Source: Piscinibacter gummiphilus
Lineage (GTDB): Bacteria > Pseudomonadota > Gammaproteobacteria > Burkholderiales > Burkholderiaceae_C
Assembly (NCBI RefSeq): GCF_002116905.1
Contig: NZ_CP015118.1
Location: forward strand, 4,548,351 to 4,612,350
Direction: 5' to 3'
DNA length: 64,000 nucleotides
Position 1 is the first letter of the stretch. Each line of letters opens with the position of its first letter. The notes below the pieces were generated by a model. It was given only the letters and a program-made list of their open reading frames with translations, did no database searches and had not been told where the DNA came from. Positions 38,942 through 47,700 of this stretch are shown one piece after another. A program made the position numbers and the translations under genes.

Positions 38942-39745
38942 ATGGCACGACCGGAATTCAACTGGAAACTTCCCCCCGAGATCACGCAGCGGCTCGGCCA
39001 TGACAGCTACGGCGCGCAGCGCGCCATCCACGAAGGCGACCACCTGCTCGTGGTGCTGCACGAGCCACCGGTGAACGAGGGCAACGAACGCGAGCACCGC
39101 GTGTTCCTGCGCGGCCCCGATGGCGCATGGCGCTTCCAGGGCGCGGAACACGGCCAGCACATGATGGCCGACCTGCTGACCCGCTACGAAACGCTGCTGG
39201 GGCAGGCCGAGCAGCAATACGCGTCGGCCGACAACGCCGACGACCTGTTCCCGCTGCTCGACCGCCTGCTGCCCACGAGCCGCGCCGCGGTCAACCTGCG
39301 CGATGCGCTGCAGCAGGCCCGGGACCGCGTCAAGGAAGACCGGCTGCTCATCACGTGGCGCGACCGCGCGGTGGACGTGGCCCGCGGCTTCGAACTGCTG
39401 CTGGCGAACGCCCGGCTCGCGCTCGACTACCGCCTCGCGAAGCAGGCCGAGGCGCAGACCCAGGCGGCGCTGGCCGGCACCCGCGCCCAGCTCAAGCTCA
39501 ACACCATCGCCGCCCTCACCTTCCCGCTGATGACGGTGGCCGCGGTGTTCGGCATGAACCTGCACCACGGGCTGGAGAACCAGGCGGGGTGGCTGTTCTG
39601 GGCGGTGTTCGCGGCCGGGCTGGCGCTGGGGCTGGTGGTGAAGTCGTGGGTGCGCGGAGCCCCGCCGCCTGCGCCGGTGAAACCCGGCGGCACGCGAAAT
39701 GCACTCGGCAAGAAGGCGAGCCCCCGTGCACGGAAAACCGTCTGA
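38942..39745 (+). CDS. membrane protein with CorA-like GMN motif (two C-terminal TM helices)
   Basis: ...LTFPLMTVAAVFGMNLHHGLENQAGWLFWAVFAAGLALGLVV: TM1, then GMN, then a short loop, then TM2, exactly as in the CorA pore. The soluble N-terminal domain is 200 aa, shorter than canonical CorA. Confidence 0.6.
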   Translation: MARPEFNWKLPPEITQRLGHDSYGAQRAIHEGDHLLVVLHEPPVNEGNEREHRVFLRGPDGAWRFQGAEHGQHMMADLLTRYETLLGQAEQQYASADNADDLFPLLDRLLPTSRAAVNLRDALQQARDRVKEDRLLITWRDRAVDVARGFELLLANARLALDYRLAKQAEAQTQAALAGTRAQLKLNTIAALTFPLMTVAAVFGMNLHHGLENQAGWLFWAVFAAGLALGLVVKSWVRGAPPPAPVKPGGTRNALGKKASPRARKTV

Positions 39746-39749
39746 CGGC

Positions 39750-40358
39750 ATGCCGGTCGTCGAGCGCCCGTTCTTCAACGTCCAGGTGTTCGCGGCCCCG
39801 CTCGACGAACTGGTGGCGAGGCTGTGCGCCGTGCCGCTGCGCGGCAAGGTCGCCCGCACCACACCGTTCGTCTTCCCGACTCAGCCCTACCACCAGGCGC
39901 CGGAGGATCCGCCGATGCTGCTGTGGACTCCATCGTGCGTGCCGGGCCTGACCGCATTCATGCCAAATGTGGGCTCCGGCTGCTATTTCATCGCTGCCTA
40001 TGCGGCCGAACGCCTGCGCATCGCAACGCTGCAGCTCCGCAGCACCGTTTCCGACGCCGAGTGGCCGATCAACGAACTGATCGCACACGAAGGCGGCGTC
40101 GAGCGGCGCATGGTCCGCGCGATGCGCGACAGCCCCCGCTGGGATTTCTGCGCGGTCGGCGATCCGCTCGCGATCGAGACCCCCTCGATGTATTCGGCCC
40201 GCCGCATCCGTGACCGCTTCCACCGCGTCGCCCTGCTCGACGCGGCGGAGCGTTGGGGTGCGCCACTGCGCGACCCGGCCTTCTGGCGCACCGACCGGAC
40301 GGCGATGACCTTCAGCAGCGACGGGATCCTGCGGCACGAGCTGGCCCGCATCGAGTGA
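39750..40358 (+). CDS. hypothetical protein (last gene of the operon)
   Basis: Start 5 nt after the previous stop; 202 aa of balanced composition. No motif recognised. Confidence 0.45.
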   Translation: MPVVERPFFNVQVFAAPLDELVARLCAVPLRGKVARTTPFVFPTQPYHQAPEDPPMLLWTPSCVPGLTAFMPNVGSGCYFIAAYAAERLRIATLQLRSTVSDAEWPINELIAHEGGVERRMVRAMRDSPRWDFCAVGDPLAIETPSMYSARRIRDRFHRVALLDAAERWGAPLRDPAFWRTDRTAMTFSSDGILRHELARIE

Positions 40359-40372
40359 CCGCGTCGGCCGCT

Positions 40373-41248
40373 TCAGGCCGCCCAGGCTTCGTTCAGCAGT
40401 TCCCGGAAAAGCACCGACAGCCGCGGCTCCGGATCCTCGCGTTCGGCACGTGACGGAACCAGGGTTTCGAGGCGAGCCAGCTCCTGCTCGATGAACCGCT
40501 GGATGGGCGCGATCTGGGGCGACAGCCCGAGCTCCGGGGTGCGGCGCTTCAACACCAGCAGGTCATCGATGGCTTCCCGCAAGCCTTCGACATCCTGGAT
40601 CGTTTCGAGCAGACGTTCGAACTCGATGGGCGCCGGCTGTTGCCGGCGCTCGAGCCAACGGACCGACAGCAACGGGCGAAGGACGTAGAAGTATTTCTTC
40701 AGGGGCACCTGCTCGGCTTGCAGGTACCCGCGGAAGTTCGTCTTGGCCATGCTGCGGTAGTGGTAGATGCCGCGCTCGACCGAATAGACCTCGGGCAGCA
40801 ATGCCCGGGCTCGGGCCGCGAAGCCACCGCGGCTCTCGTACACCAGGGGCGACTGCACCCACTCGACGAAACCCGGGTTCGACACCCGGAACAGGCGCAG
40901 CGCCTTGCGAAGGTCCCACCCGTTGATGTCCATGTCGTCGACGATGGGGTACTCGATGACGTCGCGTTGTTCTTCCAGCCCCACGGACAGATACCACTCC
41001 GGGCGGTTCACGTAGATGAAGCGCGCGTCGAAGTCGCTGTTGGGCGACGGAAAGCCCCAGGCCCGGCTGCCCGACTCCACGGCGAGCAGGACCTTGACGT
41101 CATGCTCCGCCTCGGCCCCGCGAAGCCGCTGGCGGATCTCCTCGCGCACCGCGAGTGGAACGTTCGTATCGTCAGATGGGGAGTTCGGGGCCATGCCGCT
41201 GATTCTGCCTTCGATGTCCACAACGCCCACGTCGCGCGGCGCCACCAT
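40373..41248 (-). CDS. nucleotidyltransferase-fold protein (COG3541-like)
   Basis: LLAVESGSRAWGFPSPNSDFDARFIY is the minimal NTase signature G[SG]x(9-13)Dh[DE]. Start may be the internal MAPNSP at 41194. Confidence 0.65.
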   Translation of the reverse strand: MVAPRDVGVVDIEGRISGMAPNSPSDDTNVPLAVREEIRQRLRGAEAEHDVKVLLAVESGSRAWGFPSPNSDFDARFIYVNRPEWYLSVGLEEQRDVIEYPIVDDMDINGWDLRKALRLFRVSNPGFVEWVQSPLVYESRGGFAARARALLPEVYSVERGIYHYRSMAKTNFRGYLQAEQVPLKKYFYVLRPLLSVRWLERRQQPAPIEFERLLETIQDVEGLREAIDDLLVLKRRTPELGLSPQIAPIQRFIEQELARLETLVPSRAEREDPEPRLSVLFRELLNEAWAA

Positions 41249-41283
41249 CGGAAGGGGCGGGTCGCCGGGTGTGGCGTACGTCG

Positions 41284-41916
41284 TCAGTCCCGAGGCATCG
41301 GCTCCCGGAAGGCCGAGTGGAGGATCAGGCCTCCCTTGAGCAGCAGCGGCTCGACCCGCACGAAGCCGGCATCGGACAGCGCGGCCCGCTGCTCCTCGAT
41401 GCGCATGTAGAGCTGGTCGTTCGACTGCCCGCCGTCACCTGCGAAGTGGTCGCAGACGAGGTAGCGGCCCTGGGGCGACAGCAACGCACGCACCTGCTCG
41501 TGCAGGCCGCGGGCATGGCGCTTGTGGCGAAGCTCGTGCACGGCCTGGTGCGTGACCACGTGATCGAACGTGCCGAGGCCGTGGCCCAGTCCCGGTTCCT
41601 TGAAGCTGCGCTCGACGAAGGTCACGCGGCCGGCCAGCGCACCGAGGCGCTCCGCGGCCAGTTCGTGCATCGCCGGCGAGTTGTCGAGCGCCACGTAGTC
41701 GAGGTCCGGCAGCGCCTGCAGGAGATGCCGGGCGAGGAATCCGGGACCGGAGCCCAGCTCCAGCACGCGCCGGGCGCCGCCTTGTGCCAGCGCCTCCGCG
41801 AACGCGGCGAAGAAGTCGGTGCGCCAGGGGCGAACGGCCAGTGCCTGGTCGGCCCACTCGCGGGCGTCGGCCATCTGGCGGAGGTCGATGGGGCTGGGGA
41901 CGTCGGGTGGGATCAT
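41284..41916 (-). CDS. class I SAM-dependent methyltransferase
   Basis: VLELGSGPGFLARHLL (motif I GxGxG) and DYVALDNSPAM (motif II acidic residue). Confidence 0.7.
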   Translation of the reverse strand: MIPPDVPSPIDLRQMADAREWADQALAVRPWRTDFFAAFAEALAQGGARRVLELGSGPGFLARHLLQALPDLDYVALDNSPAMHELAAERLGALAGRVTFVERSFKEPGLGHGLGTFDHVVTHQAVHELRHKRHARGLHEQVRALLSPQGRYLVCDHFAGDGGQSNDQLYMRIEEQRAALSDAGFVRVEPLLLKGGLILHSAFREPMPRD

Positions 41917-41949
41917 GGTGCTCTGCTTCGGTCTTGTCTCGTCGTGCCG

Positions 41950-42735
41950 CTACATCGGCCCGCCACAGAACCCCACCGACGCCGGCCGTTCCGTGTTGCC
42001 CGGCGCCACCTGGAACGTGGTGCGCTCCGTGGTCTCGCGCGACTTCGGCTTGAACGCCGGCCATTCGGTCTCGCGCCACTGGAAGGTCCAGCGGCCTTCG
42101 CCGTCGGGGTAGCGGATGGTCAGGGCGCCAGAGTTCTCGTCGTGGCAATGGCCGCGCGCGTAGTCGCGTTCGCTGAAACACGCGCGGACCATCTTGCTGC
42201 ACGAGAACGGCACGGCGCCGTAGGCCACCGTGCGTGCGGTATCGAGCATGACGAAGTCGGCGGTGCGGAACGACGCGCCGCCGCCGGAGTACATCTCGCG
42301 GACCTCGCTCACCAGGGCGATCGCGAAACCGCGGTCGCCCACGGGGTACAGCGCCGGATGGATCTCGAGCGGCGGGGGCTTGCCGCCATCGGCGCGCGGC
42401 TCTTGCGTGTGAGGCTGCTCCGAGAAGTCCCACACGGTGGCTCGGTTGCCTCGCAGCGGGTCGGCCGCGTCGAGCACCACCAGCATCGGGCGCGAGGCGT
42501 CGATCAGCCACATCGGTCCGTCTCCCTGCCCTCGCGCCACGTAGGCCTTCGTCTCCACCGGCTCGCACGGCGTGGACAACGCCGCGCACAGCGAGGCCAG
42601 CTGCGCCGCGGTCACGCGGGTGGGCGGCGCCGGCTGCAGCACCACGGCCTCGCGCGGCGCGGCGACGGCGCCGAAGGCCATGGCCCACAGGGCCGTGGCC
42701 ACGAGTGTCCGATGCAGTGCCGACACCACGATCAC
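41950..42735 (-). CDS. hypothetical secreted protein
   Basis: Probable GTG start giving a signal peptide (M)IVVSALHRTLVATALWAMAFGAVAAP; Cys-containing mature part. Start is uncertain. Confidence 0.4.
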   Translation of the reverse strand: MIVVSALHRTLVATALWAMAFGAVAAPREAVVLQPAPPTRVTAAQLASLCAALSTPCEPVETKAYVARGQGDGPMWLIDASRPMLVVLDAADPLRGNRATVWDFSEQPHTQEPRADGGKPPPLEIHPALYPVGDRGFAIALVSEVREMYSGGGASFRTADFVMLDTARTVAYGAVPFSCSKMVRACFSERDYARGHCHDENSGALTIRYPDGEGRWTFQWRETEWPAFKPKSRETTERTTFQVAPGNTERPASVGFCGGPM

Positions 42736-43304
42736 ACCGAGTCCAGCTCGCGCACCATCGCCACGACGGTCGACACCCCGTCGTGCTGCTGCTCGTAGGC
42801 TTCGAGCCACGGCAGGAATTCGGCTGCCGACAGCGCCCGGTTCAGTGGCGCCAGGTCCGGCGGCAGGTCGAGCAGCACTGCGTCGAGTTCCGGGCCCGCC
42901 ATCTCGTGGCACACGCCGATGCGCGGCTGCAGCAGTTCGCGCGCGGCATGCAGGTGCACGAGGTACGGTTCGAGTTCGGGCGGGCCGTCGCCGTCCAGCG
43001 TGGCCCCGGCCTGCTCCAGCGCTTCGCCGAACGTGGGGCCGACGTCGGCCGTGACCGCCTCGCCCGTGTCGAGGCCCGTGCCGGCCGCGGCATCGAAGCC
43101 CGGCACGCCTTCGAACGCGGACCAGTCGAACTCGGCCTCGGTGACGTTCATCGCCTGCTCGGCCGCCGCGGCATTGGCGGCGAACTGCTCCGGCGTGAGG
43201 TCGGGGACCGGCGACGCGAGCGCGGCGGCCATGCCCCGCAGGAACGAGAGGTCGGCGATGGCGTGGGCGTGCAGGTACAGGAACTCGAACGAGGCACGGT
43301 CCAT
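42732..43304 (-). CDS. acidic hypothetical protein (190 aa), immunity/chaperone-like partner of the upstream lipase
   Basis: MDRASFEFLYLHAHAIADLSFLRG...; very Asp/Glu-rich with no signal peptide. Starts 2 nt after the lipase stop. Confidence 0.45.
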   Translation of the reverse strand: MDRASFEFLYLHAHAIADLSFLRGMAAALASPVPDLTPEQFAANAAAAEQAMNVTEAEFDWSAFEGVPGFDAAAGTGLDTGEAVTADVGPTFGEALEQAGATLDGDGPPELEPYLVHLHAARELLQPRIGVCHEMAGPELDAVLLDLPPDLAPLNRALSAAEFLPWLEAYEQQHDGVSTVVAMVRELDSV

Positions 43305-43306
43305 GG

Positions 43307-44614
43307 TCAGATCACCGATCCGGCGAGGGCGGCCGCACCGCCGATCATCAGCGGCAGCGGCATGCCACGCCCGGCGACGTTGACGAGTGCCTGCGTGGCA
43401 ATGGGCGTGAGCACGCTCATCATCGCGCTCAGGATGCCGCGGATCACCTTCGCGGTGATCTGCGCTGCGCCAGTGATGATGATGCGGGCCCATCCGGCCG
43501 CGTGGCGGATCCACTGCATGAACTCGGCGCTCTGCTCGGCGAGGCGGGTCAGGTCGCGGGCCAGCGACACGCAGAAGAGGTCGATGGCAGTGAGGCCCGA
43601 GATGGCGGCGAAACCGGCCTGCTTCAGCAGGTGGCTGAACGCCTTCATCAGGTAGCTGAGGCCCTGCGCCGCACGCTGCGTCATCCAGCCCGGGTTGTCG
43701 GAGCTGCGCAGCAGCCAGCGGGCGAGCACCGCGTTGTCGTGGTCCACGGCCATCGCACGCAGGCGCACGGTGTCCCACGAGATGTCGGGACTGCCGATGC
43801 TGGCGACGTACTCGAGCATGTCGTGGTTCGCGACACTCAGCAGCTTGCCGGTGGGCGACACCAGCGTCATGTTGTTCTCGTCCGCCGGGTCGCCGTTGAC
43901 GTGGCCGTACGGGTACGGGCCCACCATGGTCACCGGGTCGAGGTCGTGGGCGACGCGGAAGATGTTGCGCTTGCCGATCGACGCCTCGATGGCGTGCTGC
44001 GCGCCCATCGCGCCCACGCGCGGCGAACCGAACGTGTAGAGCTTGACGTCCTTGCCGCGCCCCGAGAAGTGCGCCGCCACGAGCGTGGCCACCGCACCGC
44101 CCAGGCTGTGCCCGACGCAGTGCACGACGTCGGCGTCCATGATCCGGTTGATGTCGCGGGCGAGGCCGATCTTCACGCTGTCGAAGGTGTTGCGGAAACC
44201 CTGGTGCACGGGACCGAAGCCCGGCAGCCCCACCATCGACGCGCGCAGGTCGGTGAAGATGTCGGCCTTCGAGTGTTCGGCGCGCGTGCCGCGCGTGGCG
44301 ATCACGACCTGGCGGCGGCCGGCGCGGTTGAAGCTCAGCACGTAGCCGAAGCCGGTGGACACCCCCGCGGTGGAGCCGGCGAACACGCGGTCGAGCCGTG
44401 CGCCCGCGAGCGGCGTGGACGCCAGCGACGTGTTGGCGTGCTGCTTCGTCAGGACTCCGGCGCCGAGGCCGTCGCCCGTCACCATCTTCTTCACGTTGGC
44501 GCGGGTTTCCATGCCGATCTGGGGCACGCCCGTGATCCAGTCCTGCAGCGTGAAGTACGCGTTGTGGGCGATGAAGGTGGCCTCTTGCGGCGAGAGGAAT
44601 TCGTGGTTCGACAT
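43307..44614 (-). CDS. lipase class 3 (alpha/beta-hydrolase) family protein with C-terminal hydrophobic segments
   Basis: VVHCVGHSLGGAVATLVAAH (GHSLGG nucleophile elbow) ... YTFGSPRVG, as in Lipase_3. The C-terminal 100 aa contain two hydrophobic helices. Confidence 0.7.
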   Translation of the reverse strand: MSNHEFLSPQEATFIAHNAYFTLQDWITGVPQIGMETRANVKKMVTGDGLGAGVLTKQHANTSLASTPLAGARLDRVFAGSTAGVSTGFGYVLSFNRAGRRQVVIATRGTRAEHSKADIFTDLRASMVGLPGFGPVHQGFRNTFDSVKIGLARDINRIMDADVVHCVGHSLGGAVATLVAAHFSGRGKDVKLYTFGSPRVGAMGAQHAIEASIGKRNIFRVAHDLDPVTMVGPYPYGHVNGDPADENNMTLVSPTGKLLSVANHDMLEYVASIGSPDISWDTVRLRAMAVDHDNAVLARWLLRSSDNPGWMTQRAAQGLSYLMKAFSHLLKQAGFAAISGLTAIDLFCVSLARDLTRLAEQSAEFMQWIRHAAGWARIIITGAAQITAKVIRGILSAMMSVLTPIATQALVNVAGRGMPLPLMIGGAAALAGSVI

Positions 44615-44657
44615 GGTGTGATGACGCCGCGGTGACCCGCGGTCTCCCTGGGGTGGA

Positions 44658-45614
44658 TCAAAGAACGGAGGTGAGATCGAGCGACCAGACGTTCGACCGC
44701 GGCGGGTTCGCGCGGTCGTCGGTGGTCTCGAGCCACAGGCGGCTGCCCACCACGCCCCAGCGCCGCACGTTGCCATCGTCGAGGCCGACGGTGGCGATCT
44801 CGAGGCCGTCCGGATGGCGCGGCGAGAAGAGCACCAGGTGGTCGAAGTGGTTCACGTAGCGCTGCGGGCCGACGCGTTCCTTGTCGGACCCGTAGCGCAC
44901 GAGCACGGTGTCGGGGCGCACCTGCAGGCTCGCGAGGTACTGCAGCGGCAGGCCGCGCGCCCAGTCGGGCGTGACGTCGGCGAAACGGCGCACGCGGTCG
45001 GCCGCGATGTCGTAGACGAACAGCGCGTCGACGGGACGCGGGTCGTGGTACTTGAGGTGGAACAGGATGCGGTTGGCGGGCAGCGCCAGCACGCCTTCCG
45101 ACGACCACATGATCCACTTCGACTGCGCGGGGTCGATGGTGCCGGTGCGGGCCTTGCCGAAGCGGGCGGGCGTTCCCGGCTGGATCTCCCAGAAGCCGGT
45201 GGACTGCTTGGCGCCGTAGGTGTTGACGAGGGCGACGGCGGGCTGGCCCGCGCCGGCGTCGACGATGAAGGCCTCGGCCGGCGGCTGCGGCTTGCGCTCG
45301 GTGGCGAGCACGCCCGCCGGCGGCGGCGCATCGGCGCTGACGTTGCGCAGCGTGGGGTAGGACGGTGCGGGCGGCGTGGACACGGCCGGGTACGCCGTCT
45401 CGCGCTTGAGCGCGCCGCCCAGCTCGGGCCGAACCGTGGTGGTGTACTTGCTCTTGAAGAGACCGAAGATCATGCTGGACTTCCCGCCGTCGTTGGACAC
45501 CGCGGGACCGCAGCCGCCGAGGATGCCGGCGAGCGCGGCCACGCCGGCCCATTCGACCACACGGCGCGTGGCGGAACGGCGGGGAGCGTGGGAAGGGACT
45601 CGGCGAAGCGGCAT
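44658..45614 (-). CDS. hypothetical lipoprotein
   Basis: MPLRRVPSHAPRRSATRRVVEWAGVAALAGILGGCG (Arg-rich n-region, lipobox LGGC); 318 aa. Confidence 0.55.
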   Translation of the reverse strand: MPLRRVPSHAPRRSATRRVVEWAGVAALAGILGGCGPAVSNDGGKSSMIFGLFKSKYTTTVRPELGGALKRETAYPAVSTPPAPSYPTLRNVSADAPPPAGVLATERKPQPPAEAFIVDAGAGQPAVALVNTYGAKQSTGFWEIQPGTPARFGKARTGTIDPAQSKWIMWSSEGVLALPANRILFHLKYHDPRPVDALFVYDIAADRVRRFADVTPDWARGLPLQYLASLQVRPDTVLVRYGSDKERVGPQRYVNHFDHLVLFSPRHPDGLEIATVGLDDGNVRRWGVVGSRLWLETTDDRANPPRSNVWSLDLTSVL

Positions 45615-45795
45615 CGGGCTGGGGTCATGGGTCGCGATGAGCCCGCATTGTGATGTCGCCCGCTGGATGCGCACCCCGCCCATCAGGGGGGAATGCCCCC
45701 CCGATGCGACCAAAGTCATGCGCTGCTGTTTCATGTCGATACGAATGCCCTGCTCGACCGGAGCACGATGGCCCCTCCGTTCCCAGGACCTCGCC

Positions 45796-46227
45796 ATGAC
45801 CGACACCCGCGAACACCCCGCCGTCCTGCGTGGCAGCTGCCTGTGCGGCGGCGTGGCCTTCGACATCCGGGGGCCGCTGACCGGCGCGCTGTACTGCCAC
45901 TGCCGCATGTGCCGCAAGTCCCACGGCACCGCGTTCCGTGCCCGGGCCGGCGTGGCCGCCGCGGACTTCCGGTGGGCGCGCGGCGACGACCTCGTCACGT
46001 GGTTCGAGTCGTCGCCCGGCAACCACCGCGGCTTCTGCCGCGTGTGCGGCGCCAACCTGATCAGCCGCTTCGACAAGCACCCCGATGTATACGGCCTGGC
46101 CCTCGGCGTGCTCGACGACGATCCGAACGTGCGGCCGGGTTGCCACGTGTTCGTCGCCGACAAGGCGCCGTGGTTCGAGATCACCGACACGTTGCCGCGC
46201 TTCGAGGGGTTTCCGCCGACAGGTTGA
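45796..46227 (+). CDS. GFA family protein (glutathione-dependent formaldehyde-activating enzyme / CENP-V-like zinc domain)
   Basis: GSCLCGGVAF ... YCHCRMCRK ... FCRVCGANL is the GFA Cys pattern (CxC ... CxC ... C..C). Confidence 0.7.
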   Translation: MTDTREHPAVLRGSCLCGGVAFDIRGPLTGALYCHCRMCRKSHGTAFRARAGVAAADFRWARGDDLVTWFESSPGNHRGFCRVCGANLISRFDKHPDVYGLALGVLDDDPNVRPGCHVFVADKAPWFEITDTLPRFEGFPPTG

Positions 46228-46330
46228 GCTGGGACCGCGAGGGGGAGAAGGACGCGACTGAAGCGCTCGGCGCATGTGCTCAGGGACGGCTCTGATCTCT
46301 GATGGGCTGCTTCAGGCTGAAAGCGGAAGT

Positions 46331-46774
46331 TCAGGCTTCTCGCGCAAGAATCTCGAGGCGGCCCAACGTCTTCGCCAGCCCCTCATCAGTATCGTCGTAC
46401 GGATAGTCGAAGTAGTCGATCTGCAACCACCTCGACGCTTGCCCCGGATGCACGTATTTCTCGAAATCGTCTACGAGTATGACCTCGCTCGGATCAGCGG
46501 AAGGAACAAAGTTCAAGTCCTTGGTCTCCCCATGCCATGCGACGTACTCGACGTCACCAAACCATGCAGGTGCGGCGCCTTCCGCCACCAGCAGCGCGGC
46601 GATGTCCCTGAAGAGAGGTTCCTTGACTGTGGTGAACATGACCACCCGCGGGAACAACTCCTGGCATCGACTAAGGAAGTCGAAGAGTCCGGGCCTTGGG
46701 ATTTGGCTCATCGCGTTTGAGATGAGGGTTCCCTCAAGGTCGAGGGCGAGAACCTTCGGTCGTTGGATTTTCAT
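46331..46774 (-). CDS. NIF/FCP1-like HAD-superfamily phosphatase (in a lower-GC islet)
   Basis: KVLALDLEGTLISNA (HAD motif I DxDGT variant DLEGTL) and EVILVDD (motif IV); local GC is visibly lower than the flanks. Confidence 0.5.
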   Translation of the reverse strand: MKIQRPKVLALDLEGTLISNAMSQIPRPGLFDFLSRCQELFPRVVMFTTVKEPLFRDIAALLVAEGAAPAWFGDVEYVAWHGETKDLNFVPSADPSEVILVDDFEKYVHPGQASRWLQIDYFDYPYDDTDEGLAKTLGRLEILAREA

Positions 46775-46861
46775 AAGGTGATCCAGGTTGCAGGACTGCT
46801 CTCTGCGCGCGGAAAACCCTTCGTGGGTTGACCGCATCAGGCTGACAGTGGACAAGCGTCG

Positions 46862-47176
46862 CTAGACTCCGCTGGTCCACCGTTTCGCAGCGGCCCGTGC
46901 CCGGTGCCGGACTCGTTGAGAGAACTGCTTCGAGGAAATCGAATGCAATTCGGCCGCAGCATCGACATCAACCGGGGCACCCTGCTCCACCCATCGCAGC
47001 GCAAGCTCGACCCAGTATTCCGTTGGCCACCGCAGCCCGGCGAGAAGCACTGCCCTCGCATCGAACGGCCCCGCCGAGAATTCAGCGAACGGCCGCTCAA
47101 GGGGAAGGACGATGCTGGGTGGGTACATGGGCGAATCGTAGCGCGGGACATCTGCTTCCGCTGCACAGCCGCCCAT
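46862..47176 (-). CDS. hypothetical protein (low confidence)
   Basis: 104-aa ORF with plausible composition between the phosphatase and the nuclease gene. No motif recognised. Confidence 0.25.
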   Translation of the reverse strand: MGGCAAEADVPRYDSPMYPPSIVLPLERPFAEFSAGPFDARAVLLAGLRWPTEYWVELALRWVEQGAPVDVDAAAELHSISSKQFSQRVRHRARAAAKRWTSGV

Positions 47177-47193
47177 CGCATCCAAGTTGGCAC

Positions 47194-47700
47194 TCAACGC
47201 GAAGTCGCCGGCCGGCTGCGACCCGATGGACGCGGACAGGCACCATGTTCTTTCCGGAACACCTTCGGTTCGATCGCCGGCCGGGCGAACAGGCCGCGAC
47301 GGCGCGAACGCGCGAGGCGCTCCGCGTCCGCATACGGGCCCGGCGCGTTGCGGTACCCCGGGCTCCAGGCATGTCCCTGCTTCACGAGCCACTCGCCGAT
47401 GTCCTCGCCGCCCAGCGTGACGGTGCCGACGAGGCGGCCGTAGCCGTCGACGGCATGCGTCTCGACATGCACCTGCCTGCGCAACAGACGCGAACTCAAG
47501 GCCTCGGTGGCCTCCTCGTCACCATCCTGGCAGCGCTCGGGCGCATCGACGCCGTGCAGCCGCACGGACACCGGCTTGCGGCCGTCCTCGCGCACCCACA
47601 CGGTGTCGCCGTCGGTCACGTGGGTCACCACCCCCGTCATCGCATGGGCGCTGGTCGCGATCACCAGCACCAGCCCCGCGAACAGCCTTCTCATCGTCAT
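47194..47700 (-). CDS. secreted thermonuclease (staphylococcal nuclease, SNase-like)
   Basis: Signal peptide MTMRRLFAGLVLVIATSAHA, then VTHVTDGDTVWV ... VRLHGVDAPE ... GYGRLVG, characteristic SNase motifs. Its ATG overlaps the stop of the upstream antiporter gene. Confidence 0.65.
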   Translation of the reverse strand: MTMRRLFAGLVLVIATSAHAMTGVVTHVTDGDTVWVREDGRKPVSVRLHGVDAPERCQDGDEEATEALSSRLLRRQVHVETHAVDGYGRLVGTVTLGGEDIGEWLVKQGHAWSPGYRNAPGPYADAERLARSRRRGLFARPAIEPKVFRKEHGACPRPSGRSRPATSR

